The notes beneath the pieces were generated by a model, which worked only from the letters and a program-made list of their open reading frames with translations, was not told the DNA's origin and did not search any database. Below are positions 29,342-40,121 of a DNA stretch of 46,908 bases, in pieces (the first letter of the stretch is position 1; each line of letters starts with the position of its first letter). Origin of the DNA: a virus (Duplodnaviria; Caudoviricetes). The stretch lies in IMG/VR virus record IMGVR_UViG_3300028581_002462, positions 1-46,908 of that record; one strand, written 5' to 3'. The translations under genes were made by a program, and so were the position numbers.

Positions 29342-29841
29342 TATTTTAATGACTCCTTGCAAAATCTACATCCACGAACCTCATAGTTGCAGTTCAAGCT
29401 CCTGCAGTAGCCAACAAGCTCAGACCTATAGTCATCAACAAGCCAATGAAGCCACGCATTCCAATAAGGATATTTTTTATTATCTTTAATAGGTTGAGAT
29501 GTTATTTCATCAAAATGTTTATCTTTTCCCCAATTAAATTTATCTTGATAATTATTATAAATAAATAATAATTCACTTAATTCTAAAAGTCTATAACCTT
29601 GCGGAATAACAATCTTATTTATTTTATCCATTTCAATATGTAAGTTTTTCTCTATCTCTATGTTTAATTCTGGAATAAAAACTAATTCTGATTTAGGTTC
29701 TTCTTTAGGTTTGAAATATAAAGTATTTCCTTCTATGCTATATCTAACTTCTCCTACATTTTGTAAGTTGTCATATTCATCTTCTGTTATCTCTACATAT
29801 TCATTCTTTTCCATCATTTGTTTTATTTGTTGTTTATTCAT
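29341..29841 (-). CDS. Protein with C-type-lectin-fold-like C-terminus resembling DGR targets
   Basis: GYRLLELSEL motif; C-terminus ...RSLNCNYEVRGCRFC with NNC/NNT codons. Confidence 0.6.
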   Translation of the reverse strand: MNKQQIKQMMEKNEYVEITEDEYDNLQNVGEVRYSIEGNTLYFKPKEEPKSELVFIPELNIEIEKNLHIEMDKINKIVIPQGYRLLELSELLFIYNNYQDKFNWGKDKHFDEITSQPIKDNKKYPYWNAWLHWLVDDYRSELVGYCRSLNCNYEVRGCRFCKESLK

Positions 29842-31498
29842 TTGGACTTCCCATCATATATTTTATTTAATGGACAAAATTCATTTAAACAACTTTTATT
29901 ATGACATTTAAATCCTCTAAATACAAAATTAAGACATCTTCTAGCAGTTCTTACTTTATCTTTTGCTTCTTTTAAAGTATCTAATCTAACTTTCTTAATA
30001 TTATCACATTGTCTTTTAGTATCTTCTTTCATTTGTTTAATTGCTTCTTTTGAGGTTATCATTTCCCTTTCTCCTTCTCATCCCAAACTACTACAATCAT
30101 AAATGGTTTAATTGAATTAGTAGAGCAGAAGCTCTTTGCACTTTCAATATCTTTTACGACTTCGGAATAGAGTGTCATTTGAAAATCTCCTTTTCCTTTA
30201 GCCATCCATCTTTTTTGATTTGTTCTATCGTTTGATTATCTTCTTTCAAGACTAATTCATAAACTTTATTACATTTTTCACAAACTAATAATGTATTCAT
30301 TATATAAACTGATTTTAATTTATTATTACAAAAAGGACAAAAAATATGTATGAAAGATTCAATAATAGAATTTCTATTAGCATTTAATCTCTCAAATGCG
30401 TTCCATTTCTTTGTCATTTGTTTATCTCCTTAACAAATTTAAATAATCTTCTAGCTTCATTATCATTTAAACAAACTAACTTTTCTTCAACAACTAAATC
30501 AGCATTATCTTCAGGTCTATGATACCCATTATAAATTATAAAGAACTGTCCTTGCTCGTTATAACTAAAGGTTTTGATTTTCCAGTGTAGGTCTATTGCC
30601 TTTTTATCTGTTTTTCTTTGGATGGTTTTCATTGTTTTCCCCTTATCTTAGCTGTATTTTTATGATAACATACTTCACATAAACCTGTTTTATTCCAACT
30701 TCTAATTAACTTTGGACATAACTTACAATGTTTTGCTTTTATTGTTATTTGGCTTTTCATTTTTCCATCCATACTTTTTTAATTAATTCCCATTCTTTTG
30801 TTGTAAAATCCATATCGTTATCTATTGCGAATCTTATAACTTTTTTCATTAGCTTTGTTGTATCTATGTTTTGTTGTTTCATTTTTTATTAGCTCCTATT
30901 ATATCTTCTATTACTATTCTGTATTATAGCAATTAATACTACTAAACCTATTATAACAACTCCAATACTAAAATCATAAAACATTAAACCTAATCCTAAA
31001 CCAAAAAACAAATCTACTAAATCATAGGTTTCTGTTTTCTTAGGTTTATTTTCTTCTTTATCTTCAAGAGGTTTTAATTGTTTATACAATGCTCTATCCA
31101 TTGCTTTTTGAGGATTATGAAATTCATTATCACAAAATAATGTAACATATTTTCCACATTCTGGGCAAGGATTAAGATTTGGTTGTTTTTGTTGTTTCAT
31201 TGTTTTATTTTCCTCCAAGCATAAAATATTACACCTATTATTACAATTAAACCAATTAATTCAAATATCATTAAAAGCCCACCTGCTTTCGCATTAACTT
31301 CATGTTACTCCTAAAACATTTTAAATGGTATTTTTCTTTATTAAAACTTCTAATCTTGTCTAATTCAAAAATAGGTTGCTTACATGCTCCACAAATTCCT
31401 ATTGTATGAAATATATTAGGTGAAACGATTGGCTCTTGAGATTGTTCAACTGGTTGAGGTGTTTCTTTTTTGCTGAATAGTTTAATTAAAATGCCCAT
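29838..31498 (-). CDS. Run of small hypothetical, Zn-finger and membrane ORFs (29838-30062, 30175-30417, 30414-30632, 30889-31218, 31271-31498)
   Basis: Co-oriented short ORFs with CxxC motifs; some start/stop overlaps. Confidence 0.6.
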
Positions 31499-31500
31499 TT

Positions 31501-32340
31501 TTATTTTACCTCTCCCATTATTCTAGCGATATTTCTTCTTTCATCTTGTGTAAATATTAAAGAGGATCCATAGTGTAAGATATAAGTATTAACATCGTGG
31601 CCCATTCTATAACATAGTTCTCCTATCTCTTTATTATATGCCCTCATCCACATTCCATAAGTCTTTCTAATATTATGGGGTGAAAAATTATACCAATCTG
31701 CAATACCTGCTTTCTTTAATTTTCTCTTAAAAAGTTGTGAATAGGCAGTAACTTTTGAAGTATAATACTTTTCTCGCTTATCATTATCTAGATCATTATA
31801 ATTTATAGGAAGTTTAGAGTTATCTAAAAATATATAACTTTCAGGATTAATAGTTTTTCCCCTAATAAAAGATTTATATTCAGATAAAAATTCTGAACTA
31901 ATAAAGAAACTTCTTGTCTTACCAGTAGCAAAGAAATTCTTTTTAGCTTTTCTTTGTTTAACTATTGTAAAAGTTACTGTTTCTCTTTCGGTATCTATAT
32001 CCTTATATCTTAAATTAAGTACTTCCATTATTCTGCCTCCAGTATGCAAACAAGTTAAAAAAAAGAATCTATGTTCTTTATTCTTAACTAAATTAATAAA
32101 GGAAGTCCATTCATCTGGAAAAAAATATCTATGTCTATCATTTCTAACTGTATATTTATAACCTCTTGAATTTTTTGCAGTTAATAATCCTGTAGTTTCA
32201 CTAGGTTTTAAATTTAAGATCTTCTTACCACAAGTTGGACAAATTAAAAAGTTTTCTACTTCTTGATAATTATGAATATGATATTTAGTAGTTAAAGATA
32301 CACCTTCTTGTTTTATATTATCTCTTTGTATTTGTTCCAT
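31501..32340 (-). CDS. Tyrosine recombinase/integrase
   Basis: TGGRIMEV (R), PHNIRK (HxxR), MGH and HYG (Y) motifs; N-terminal CPTC. Confidence 0.9.
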   Translation of the reverse strand: MEQIQRDNIKQEGVSLTTKYHIHNYQEVENFLICPTCGKKILNLKPSETTGLLTAKNSRGYKYTVRNDRHRYFFPDEWTSFINLVKNKEHRFFFLTCLHTGGRIMEVLNLRYKDIDTERETVTFTIVKQRKAKKNFFATGKTRSFFISSEFLSEYKSFIRGKTINPESYIFLDNSKLPINYNDLDNDKREKYYTSKVTAYSQLFKRKLKKAGIADWYNFSPHNIRKTYGMWMRAYNKEIGELCYRMGHDVNTYILHYGSSLIFTQDERRNIARIMGEVK

Positions 32341-32375
32341 AGTTTGTCTATTACCTTAAAAGATATATATCAAAG

Positions 32376-32393
32376 TATTTAAACCTTTCGGTT
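32376..32393 (-). promoter_or_regulatory. Archaeal BRE/TATA promoter
   Basis: aaccGAAAggTTTAAATA on the minus strand. Confidence 0.7.
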
Positions 32394-32985
32394 GTTAAAG
32401 TGTCACTCAAAAAAGACAAATAAATAAATATGTTTACCTATCGTCAGTAAACCAAATAAATAATTATTTGATCCTGCAATTAATCAAATAAATAATTTCA
32501 TAAATCTTGATCACCCAAAATGAAATAAAAAATATTATAATGTAAAAACAAATAGATAAAAATAACCGCCTAAAAAGAGTAATATAAAAAAATAGAAAAG
32601 AAAAAATAAAAAGAAATAGGTAGAAGAAATAAATTAAAAAATTAATTTTCTTCTTCTGTAAAGTCTATGGCATTATATAAAACATATGCGTCACTATCTA
32701 AAGCCATGTTAAAAACGTTGTTTGTTTCCATTTTGTAAACCTCCATAATTTAATTAAGTATTTCCAGATCTACGCTTAAGGCGTATATATCCGCAATATC
32801 ACTATTTAATAATATAAAATCGTCTTCACTCATTTTTTTTATTATTTTTCATTTTAATTTTAATAATTTTTAAGGTATTATAAAAACCTATGATTATAAA
32901 TCGGCTTTTATTGTTGGGGATGCCGTAACCCTCTTTTTTTCTTCACCCTTTTAGGCGTGAGTATGAAAACCCTAAAAAATAAGGG

Positions 32986-34173
32986 TTAATAATATAAAAA
33001 TTGCTCGTAAACTTTTTTATCTTCTGCTATCTTATGCCCTAATTGATTTATTTTATTAATTTGTTCATGGTATTTATCAGGATAATTTCTTAAACTTATA
33101 TCTCCATAACAATAACAAAAATCAATGGATAAAAGAGTTCTGCTTAACTTTATACTTTCTTTAGTAACATTTGGAAATATTTCCTTAATACTACTTATAA
33201 AGCTATAAAATAAATTTCTATTTGAAATTATCTTCATTTTATCTGTATATTAAAATTTTTAGTTAATAACATATAACCTTTTTGTAGTTCACATTTAAAT
33301 AAACATTCAATACCAATACCTTTTAAAAACTTCTCTGCAATATCTCCAACGTTGTTAAATTCATAATCGTAAGAAATGATTTTAGTCTTATTGAATCTAG
33401 TGTCTATTATTCTTACTCTAGCACCACGGCTATTTGTTGCACCTAAAAAGACAACTTCAAAACCTCGTAAGTTTTCCATTTTAGTCTATACCTCCTTTTG
33501 ATTCTTTAATATAATCTATTTCTGATTGTCTGCAAACCTCACAATAAAATTCTTTTTGACTATCTATATATTTTGTCTCTTCTGACTCTCCACAATTGAA
33601 ACATTTTTTATTACTCATTGTTTTACCTCTTTACTTCTTTTATGACATTTTGGGCAGTCATAAATATTTATTCCGTTTAAGATAGCATAAATATAAAGCC
33701 CTTCTTTATTGTGGCAGTTTGAACACTCCATTTTAAAAGAAAACCTCTTAAGCTGTTTGTTTATTTCTGGCTTTTCTTCATCTGGTAAACTATCCCAATA
33801 ATCCATCAAGATATAATAAGCTTCTTCATAATTTGCTTTCATTGTATTAAACCCCTTCCAATTAATTCATATTTAATAGTATCCATAATATATTCATTTA
33901 GTTTTAATAATTCTTTTAAACTTAATTTCCTTATATCTCTTTTTATAGCTTCCATTATAAACCACACTCCTTTAAACATTCTTCTAAAGTTATTTCATTA
34001 TAAGCATAACTTAAAAGTATATTTTCAACTTCAAAGGCATAACCCACATATTTTAGTTTATTAATATTTAAGGCAATAGCTCCACATACCCCTTGTAAAT
34101 CTGAGGTTATTAAATCATCTTGTAAAGTGTTTAACTCTTCTATGCGTTGTTTTATTGTTTTTGTTTCTAACAT
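32986..34173 (-). CDS. Cluster of small ORFs (32986-33237, 33234-33479, 33615-33842, 33955-34173)
   Basis: Co-oriented, some with GAGG SDs; one has a C-terminal Zn ribbon. Confidence 0.6.
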
Positions 34174-34385
34174 TTTTTAGTATCTCCTTTTTTAATATAG
34201 TATATCAAAAAGCTTTTAGAGTAATAAGTATTAAACAATACTCTTAATACTTCTTGGCCTTGTTGTGTTTGTTTTATTTGTATCATCTTATTTTAGTATG
34301 AACAAGGAAAAGGATAAGTTAAATTAAAACTCCCTTTTATAACCTTATTTTTTTGTTTTTACTTAATATATTAAGGGGTAATCCC

Positions 34386-34403
34386 TTTATAAATGTTTCG
34401 GTT
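34386..34403 (-). promoter_or_regulatory. Archaeal BRE/TATA promoter
   Basis: aaccGAAAcaTTTATAAA on the minus strand. Confidence 0.7.
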
Positions 34404-34857
34404 ATTAAGTTTTTATCCTCGGTATTAAGTATTTGTCTTTTATCCTAAAAGATATATATTAGTCCTATTTAAAAGAGATAATCCTTTTTAATAGTATATA
34501 TCTTTAACTATGATTTAAAGCTTTATTGTTTATTGAAAGATATTTTTTAACCTATACGTGCAGTAACTTAAACCTTATTATATATCCCTATTGATTATCA
34601 TAGCCCCTATTATATGGCCCCATGGTTATATATAGCCCTAATTAAGAAGATGTCGCCCTTTATATATATTGTGCTTATTTAATTGTATTTATCTGTCCGC
34701 AATATAGCGGACAATTAATTAAGCAATTAAACCAATTAAATACATGTTCAACCAATTAATTAATTGTCTGTCCGTTTGGGGTATTTAATTGATTAATTGG
34801 CTGTCTAAAACCCTATTTAGATCCTTTTCAGGCTATTTTAGGCGATATATTAGTATA

Positions 34858-35883
34858 TTATAGCCCCTCTTCCTCTTCTTCTGGGCCACAATCATCAATT
34901 TGTTGTCCCTCTACCATAGTAGTAATATTGATGGTGTCAGCAGAACCTTCAAAACCTTCATTTCCTAGAGAATTCTCTTCAATTTCTGGCTTTTTATCAA
35001 TTTTACTCCATCTTTCCACAGTTCTTACACTAACTCCCAAAGCTTTTGCCCAATCTTCAGCACATTCAATCTTTAAATCTTTTATATTGTGTCTAAGCTT
35101 TCCAAATGCTGATTTAAAATTATTAAAATCTTGTTCCATCTTGCTTTCCTTCTTGCCTTTCACTTCATCTACCTTTCCAATTGAATTAATTGCCAGATCT
35201 TTCTGATGATGATAGTCTTTCATGGTAGCATGAGGCTTACCCTCCACGGAAAAGTCCATTAAGTCAAAGTATTTATCCATAACTTCTGGAAAATGTCCAC
35301 GAAAGGCAGTACATTTTTTATAACTTCTTATCTTTGCCTTCATATAATCATTCCAAAGTGTCTCTAAGCTTTTCTTTTTAATATAAACAAACCTTCCCAT
35401 ATCAATTTCATCTTTAGAATACATATGAACCATTCCTAAACATCTATCAACCACAATATACTCTCCAAACTTCCAGAACTTAGTGAAGTTTATTATAAAC
35501 ATATGCTGTCTCTTTCTAATTGTCATAGCCAACCTTAAAAGATCTCTACCAATTCTTTTTAATTGATCAGTAGATAAAGAATCTAATGAAGGTTCATCCC
35601 AGATCATGATTTGTTTCTTAGTTCTTTGTGCATGATTGATTAATGCTTGAAGCCTAAAGAATATATGTGCATCTCTACCTGTCTTTTGTTTAACATAATT
35701 GGCCATAGCAACGGCAGAATTACTCTTACCAGATCCCTCAGAGCCTTCCACTTGTAACCATGCATCTAATACTGGAGTCTCTCGTGTTATCCTTTCAATC
35801 ATTATATCTAGCTTCTTAACCAATTCATTCTCTAGATTATAACTGTAACCATTACATTGTATTAACATTTTGTTTCTCCTCAA
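34858..35883 (-). CDS. P-loop ATPase with C-terminal HTH (candidate morphogenesis ATPase)
   Basis: Walker A GSEGSGKS; Walker B IMIWDE; IRKR; HTH WAKALGVSVRTVERW. Likely ATG start at 35868. Confidence 0.85.
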   Translation of the reverse strand: MRRNKMLIQCNGYSYNLENELVKKLDIMIERITRETPVLDAWLQVEGSEGSGKSNSAVAMANYVKQKTGRDAHIFFRLQALINHAQRTKKQIMIWDEPSLDSLSTDQLKRIGRDLLRLAMTIRKRQHMFIINFTKFWKFGEYIVVDRCLGMVHMYSKDEIDMGRFVYIKKKSLETLWNDYMKAKIRSYKKCTAFRGHFPEVMDKYFDLMDFSVEGKPHATMKDYHHQKDLAINSIGKVDEVKGKKESKMEQDFNNFKSAFGKLRHNIKDLKIECAEDWAKALGVSVRTVERWSKIDKKPEIEENSLGNEGFEGSADTINITTMVEGQQIDDCGPEEEEEGL

Positions 35884-36346
35884 TATATTCTAGATGTTTT
35901 ACTCTACCTAAACTATGATTACAATTCATACATAGAATCCTAAATCCTTCTGGAAATTTATTTCTAACTAACCATAACAGAATGTCGTTACCTATTTCTT
36001 TTATATGCTTTTTTCCACCACCATTAATATGATCGATAGATAAACATTCAGGTCTTGATTCTGGGCATAAAGCACATTTATATCCTCCATAATGATTATA
36101 AACTAAATCTTTCTTTCTCTGTCTCCATGAGTAACTCCACTTTGCTACCTTATGTTTATTTAATTTTCTATATTCTTTTACACGTGCTTTATACTTTTCT
36201 GATCTACGATATGCTTTAACTTCTGGTCTTTGATTATATAATTTATACTTATCAGATTCTTTATACTGTTTAATATATAATTTATATTTATCTGATTGTC
36301 TATATAATTTCATATATTCTTTTCTATCCTGATTAGACCATACCAT
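35852..36346 (-). CDS. HNH endonuclease
   Basis: CALC...LSIDHINGGG...ILCMNCN. Confidence 0.8.
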   Translation of the reverse strand: MVWSNQDRKEYMKLYRQSDKYKLYIKQYKESDKYKLYNQRPEVKAYRRSEKYKARVKEYRKLNKHKVAKWSYSWRQRKKDLVYNHYGGYKCALCPESRPECLSIDHINGGGKKHIKEIGNDILLWLVRNKFPEGFRILCMNCNHSLGRVKHLEYIEEKQNVNTM

Positions 36347-36348
36347 TT

Positions 36349-36762
36349 TTATAATCCCTCGTCGGCTTCGTAATTTGGAGAGTTAAGATTATGCACATCT
36401 AAAAATACTTTATTGATCTGTTCATAAACCATTATTAATTCTTTGAACTTCTCAAGGTTCTTATTATTAATTTTATACTCGCCATTGTTAGAATATACAA
36501 TAGGAAATGTTTTCATAAAGTCTGTAACTATCTTTCTTATTCTATTACCTTTAACTTGTTCATCACAAGTTAACTTACTCCATACTTCCATCAATAGTCC
36601 ATCGTTAGAAGAAACCATTACTTCATAATTAAACTTATTAACTTCATAGTTGTATGCAGTAAGATTAAACCTAGCTGCGTTCAATGCTTGTTGTAAAGAA
36701 TGTATACGTTCAGTTTGTGCAATTCCTGCGTTAAAAACACTCTTCTTTCCTTCGCCTTCCAT
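36349..36762 (-). CDS. Hypothetical helical protein heading the ATPase operon
   Basis: First gene after the divergent promoter region. Confidence 0.7.
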   Translation of the reverse strand: MEGEGKKSVFNAGIAQTERIHSLQQALNAARFNLTAYNYEVNKFNYEVMVSSNDGLLMEVWSKLTCDEQVKGNRIRKIVTDFMKTFPIVYSNNGEYKINNKNLEKFKELIMVYEQINKVFLDVHNLNSPNYEADEGL

Positions 36763-36914
36763 ATTATATAGTCCTCATTATAAATAATATAAATAATGTT
36801 TATATATAAATCTTTTGTTAGTGAAGTGTTGTAATTTAAAAGTGATACTATGTTTTGTAAACATTATTAAGTAACACCAAAGAATTTAAATAGTATTTAC
36901 TAATTAATTATTTT
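36763..36914. promoter_or_regulatory. Divergent promoter region (main strand switch)
   Basis: TATA-like boxes on both strands (TTTATATATAAA near 36798; TTTAAATA at 36885). Confidence 0.65.
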
Positions 36915-37414
36915 ATGACTAATGATATAACAGAAATAAAAGAGAAGATATTATTTTTACATCAGCGAGGAATAAAAGCTCATGTGAATACTAATAAGTT
37001 AGTGAAACAAAAAGATGGTTCACTTAAATATCAATTCTACAATGGATTAATTAGAGAGCTAAGTGATGCATGGTTTTTAATTGAAGATGAATATTATTAT
37101 GCTGATAATAAATGTTATCCTACTGTTTGGATCACAGATGTAAAAGAAGTTAAGCCTTTTATATTTCCAAAGGAGGAAAGCAAATGAGTCTTAATGCTAC
37201 TGAATGTTGTAGAACTATTGGATGTAATTGTGGTGGAACAAAAATGGTTGAGAATATGAATTATCTTACTACACACTATTGGATATTAGGTTTAGTTATT
37301 ATTATAGCTGCTATTGTATTATTATTAATTGGATATATTATTTCTAAATATCAAAACGAACAGAGAGCAAGGAGAGATGGATTAATGTTTGGAACTGATG
37401 GGGGAAAATCATAA
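36915..37414 (+). CDS. Two small ORFs (36915-37187; 37184-37414 single TM)
   Basis: ATGA/TAATG coupling. Confidence 0.6.
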
Positions 37415-37725
37415 TGGAAAGAGTATGTGAGAAGTGTAGTGAAGTTCCAGTTGATGAGCATCATCTATGGTGCAAGTATTTAGATAAACCTCATGGAAAT
37501 TCCTGGAAGAATTATGATAATAGAATCTTTCTATGTAAGAGTTGTCATCAACAACTTCATAAAATTATATTGTCTATACTTCAAAAATATAATCCTTCAT
37601 CTATAAAAAGTTTAGTTGAACATATTAATTGGAGAAAGATAAATACTAAGAATAGAAATAAAGTTATTGATATAGTAGTCAAGGAGAGTTGGAGGTGGTT
37701 AAAAAAAGATGACAGAAATTCCTAG
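37414..37725 (+). CDS. HNH-like Zn nuclease
   Basis: CEKC...EHH...N...LCKSCH. Confidence 0.65.
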   Translation: MERVCEKCSEVPVDEHHLWCKYLDKPHGNSWKNYDNRIFLCKSCHQQLHKIILSILQKYNPSSIKSLVEHINWRKINTKNRNKVIDIVVKESWRWLKKDDRNS

Positions 37726-39931
37726 AAGATTACAAGAGAGAGGTATTAAGTTTGTCTTACTTGAAAAAGGAGGTAAGAAACCATTTCAAAAAGAGTGGCA
37801 GAATAAAATTATTGAATATGATAATCCTGAACTATTACAACATTTATCTAATGGTGGAAACTATGGTGTGATGGGTGGAGGAGAAAAGCAATTAGTTATA
37901 ATTGATTTTGATAATGAAGAGTTACAGAATAAACTTCTAAAAGAATTGCCTGAAACATTTATGGTTAAAACTGGAAGTGGGAAGTTACATCTTTATTATG
38001 TTAGTGATAAGGTAGATAGCTTTAAAATATTTGATGAACAAATGAATACTCTTGCAGATGTTCAAGGAGATGTTAAACAAGTTGTTGGAGCAGGAAGTAT
38101 ACACCCTAACGGAAACAAATATGAAGTTGTAGATGATGGAGCTTTAACTTATATTCCTTATGCACAAATAAAAGCATTACTAACTCCTTATGATAAGAAA
38201 CCTAAGAAGGAAGATAAACCTAAAGAAGAATATAAACCTAAGACAGATGTTCAAGATGACTTCCTAGATAAACTTAAATCAAAGGTTTCTATTACTGATG
38301 TCTTAGATTCATTTGGTATTGATACATCACATAGTCCAACACTATGCCCATTCCATTCTTCTAAAGGTGGAAAGTGTTTAGGATTCAATGATGATACTGC
38401 TCATTGCTTTCATTGTGATGGAAGTTGGAATATATTTAGTTTTGTTAAAGATATGAAGAAATGTGATTTTAAAGAAGCATTAGAATACTTAGCAAATATT
38501 GGAGGACTTCAAGATGACTTAGAAGTTAGTAGAAGAAAATATATTGATAAGTTAAAAGAGAATCAAAGAAATGAAAAGTCAGAAGTTAAAGATAAGTTCT
38601 TAACTTTAGTTAAGGATAAAGATTTAGGAGGAGCTAGTGAACTACTTGTTAATTATATAAAGAAGAATAATTATATCTATACAACGAAAGATGATGTTAA
38701 GTCTGAGATGTGGATTTATGATAATGGGATATATGTTCCTCAAGGTAAATCACAGATTAAATTTATATTAAGAGATGTATTAGATAATTGGTATTCTGTA
38801 TTTTATTATAATTTAGTATTAGGTAAATTAGAACCAGATACTTATATTGATCAAGACAAGTTCTTTAATCAAAACTATCCAGATGAAATTCCAGTCATGA
38901 ATGGATTGCTTAATCTAAAGACAAGAGAACTTAAACCATTTACTCCTGAGAAGATATTCTTTAATAAACTTCCAGTTGAATATGATATTAAAGCAGAGTG
39001 TTCACAAATAGATAATTTCTTATCAGAAATATTAAAGAGTTCTGATGATAGAGATGTATTCTATGAGATGGGAGGTTTCTGTTTATTAAAAGAATATAAA
39101 TTTGAGAAAGCATTTATGTTTGTAGGTAATGGAAGAAATGGAAAAGATAAATCATTAGAGTTAGTTAAAAGATTAATTGGTATTGAGAATTGTTGTTCAG
39201 TTCCTTTAGCTTCAATAGTTCCAGAAAGCTTTATCATATCTGAGTTTCATAATCGTATGGCTAATCTTGCTGGAGAGATTAGTAATCAAGACTTAAAGGA
39301 TGCCTCAGCATTTAAAGCATTGACAGGTAGAAGTCTTCAATCTGCACCAAGGAAGTTTTTGAAGCCTATTACATTTGTTAACTATGCTAAGTTTATCTTT
39401 GCATGTAATGAACTTCCAATGGTATATGAAAACAATAAAGGTTTTTGGGATAGATGGGTAGTATTAGAATTTCCTTATACATTTGTTCCTAAAAAAGAAT
39501 TAGATATGTTAACTGATAAGACTGGAGTTAAACTAAGGGATGAAAGTATTATTGAGAAGATTACAACTCCACAGGAAATGTCAGGGTTACTTAATAAATT
39601 TCTTGATGGCCTAGATAGATTGTTAGATAAGAGAAACTTTAGTTGTACTATAGGTTCAGATGAAATAAAGAAGTTATGGATTAGAAAGAGTAATTCGGTT
39701 ATGGCTTTCTGCTTAGCTAACATTGAAGAACATTATGATGGCCATATTAGTAAGAAAGATTTTAGAAAGAAGTATACTGAGTTTTGTAAAGAACATAAAC
39801 TAACTCCTAAATCTGATTGGGTAATTAAAAAGACAATAGAAGAATCTTATGGTGCTTCAGAAGGACAGAGAGAAGTTAATAGTAGATGGGATAGAGTATG
39901 GGAATGTATTAAATGGAGGAGTGCTTTTTAG
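37709..39931 (+). CDS. Primase-polymerase / CHC2 Zn finger / D5-like SF3 helicase
   Basis: NYGV...IIDFD...KTGSGKLHLY (PrimPol); CPFH...HCFHC; GNGRNGKD, KALTG, IFACNELP, WDRW. Confidence 0.92.
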   Translation: MTEIPRRLQERGIKFVLLEKGGKKPFQKEWQNKIIEYDNPELLQHLSNGGNYGVMGGGEKQLVIIDFDNEELQNKLLKELPETFMVKTGSGKLHLYYVSDKVDSFKIFDEQMNTLADVQGDVKQVVGAGSIHPNGNKYEVVDDGALTYIPYAQIKALLTPYDKKPKKEDKPKEEYKPKTDVQDDFLDKLKSKVSITDVLDSFGIDTSHSPTLCPFHSSKGGKCLGFNDDTAHCFHCDGSWNIFSFVKDMKKCDFKEALEYLANIGGLQDDLEVSRRKYIDKLKENQRNEKSEVKDKFLTLVKDKDLGGASELLVNYIKKNNYIYTTKDDVKSEMWIYDNGIYVPQGKSQIKFILRDVLDNWYSVFYYNLVLGKLEPDTYIDQDKFFNQNYPDEIPVMNGLLNLKTRELKPFTPEKIFFNKLPVEYDIKAECSQIDNFLSEILKSSDDRDVFYEMGGFCLLKEYKFEKAFMFVGNGRNGKDKSLELVKRLIGIENCCSVPLASIVPESFIISEFHNRMANLAGEISNQDLKDASAFKALTGRSLQSAPRKFLKPITFVNYAKFIFACNELPMVYENNKGFWDRWVVLEFPYTFVPKKELDMLTDKTGVKLRDESIIEKITTPQEMSGLLNKFLDGLDRLLDKRNFSCTIGSDEIKKLWIRKSNSVMAFCLANIEEHYDGHISKKDFRKKYTEFCKEHKLTPKSDWVIKKTIEESYGASEGQREVNSRWDRVWECIKWRSAF

Positions 39932-39954
39932 TTATGGAATTATTATACTTTCAT

Positions 39955-40047
39955 GACTTGCAGGACTTGCAGGACTTTTCAATCCTTATAGGAGGTCTTG
40001 AGCTGTCCTATAAGGTAGAAAAAAGGTGCAAGTCCTGCAAGTCCTGC
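39955..40047. other. Candidate replication origin: iteron palindrome
   Basis: 18-bp IR 39960-39977 / 40030-40047 built of 9-bp GCAGGACTT units; inner 10-bp IR 39984-39993 / 40006-40015. Confidence 0.7.
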
Positions 40048-40121
40048 TGGAGTTTATCATCTAAAGGTTCGCATAATCTATTTACATCAACAACTAAATA
40101 TAAACTACAACAATATTTCTA

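Noticed and set aside
32941-32965. Degenerate cassette left end (catactcacgcctaaaagggtgaag on the minus strand)
   Set aside because: Only a partial match, with no adjacent ATGA, cargo or right end; may be a terminator hairpin.
22884-34942. Extra GTCAGCAG/CTGCTGAC hits near 22884, 25349 and 34935
   Set aside because: Single half-sites encoding ordinary xAD peptides, with no partner arm.
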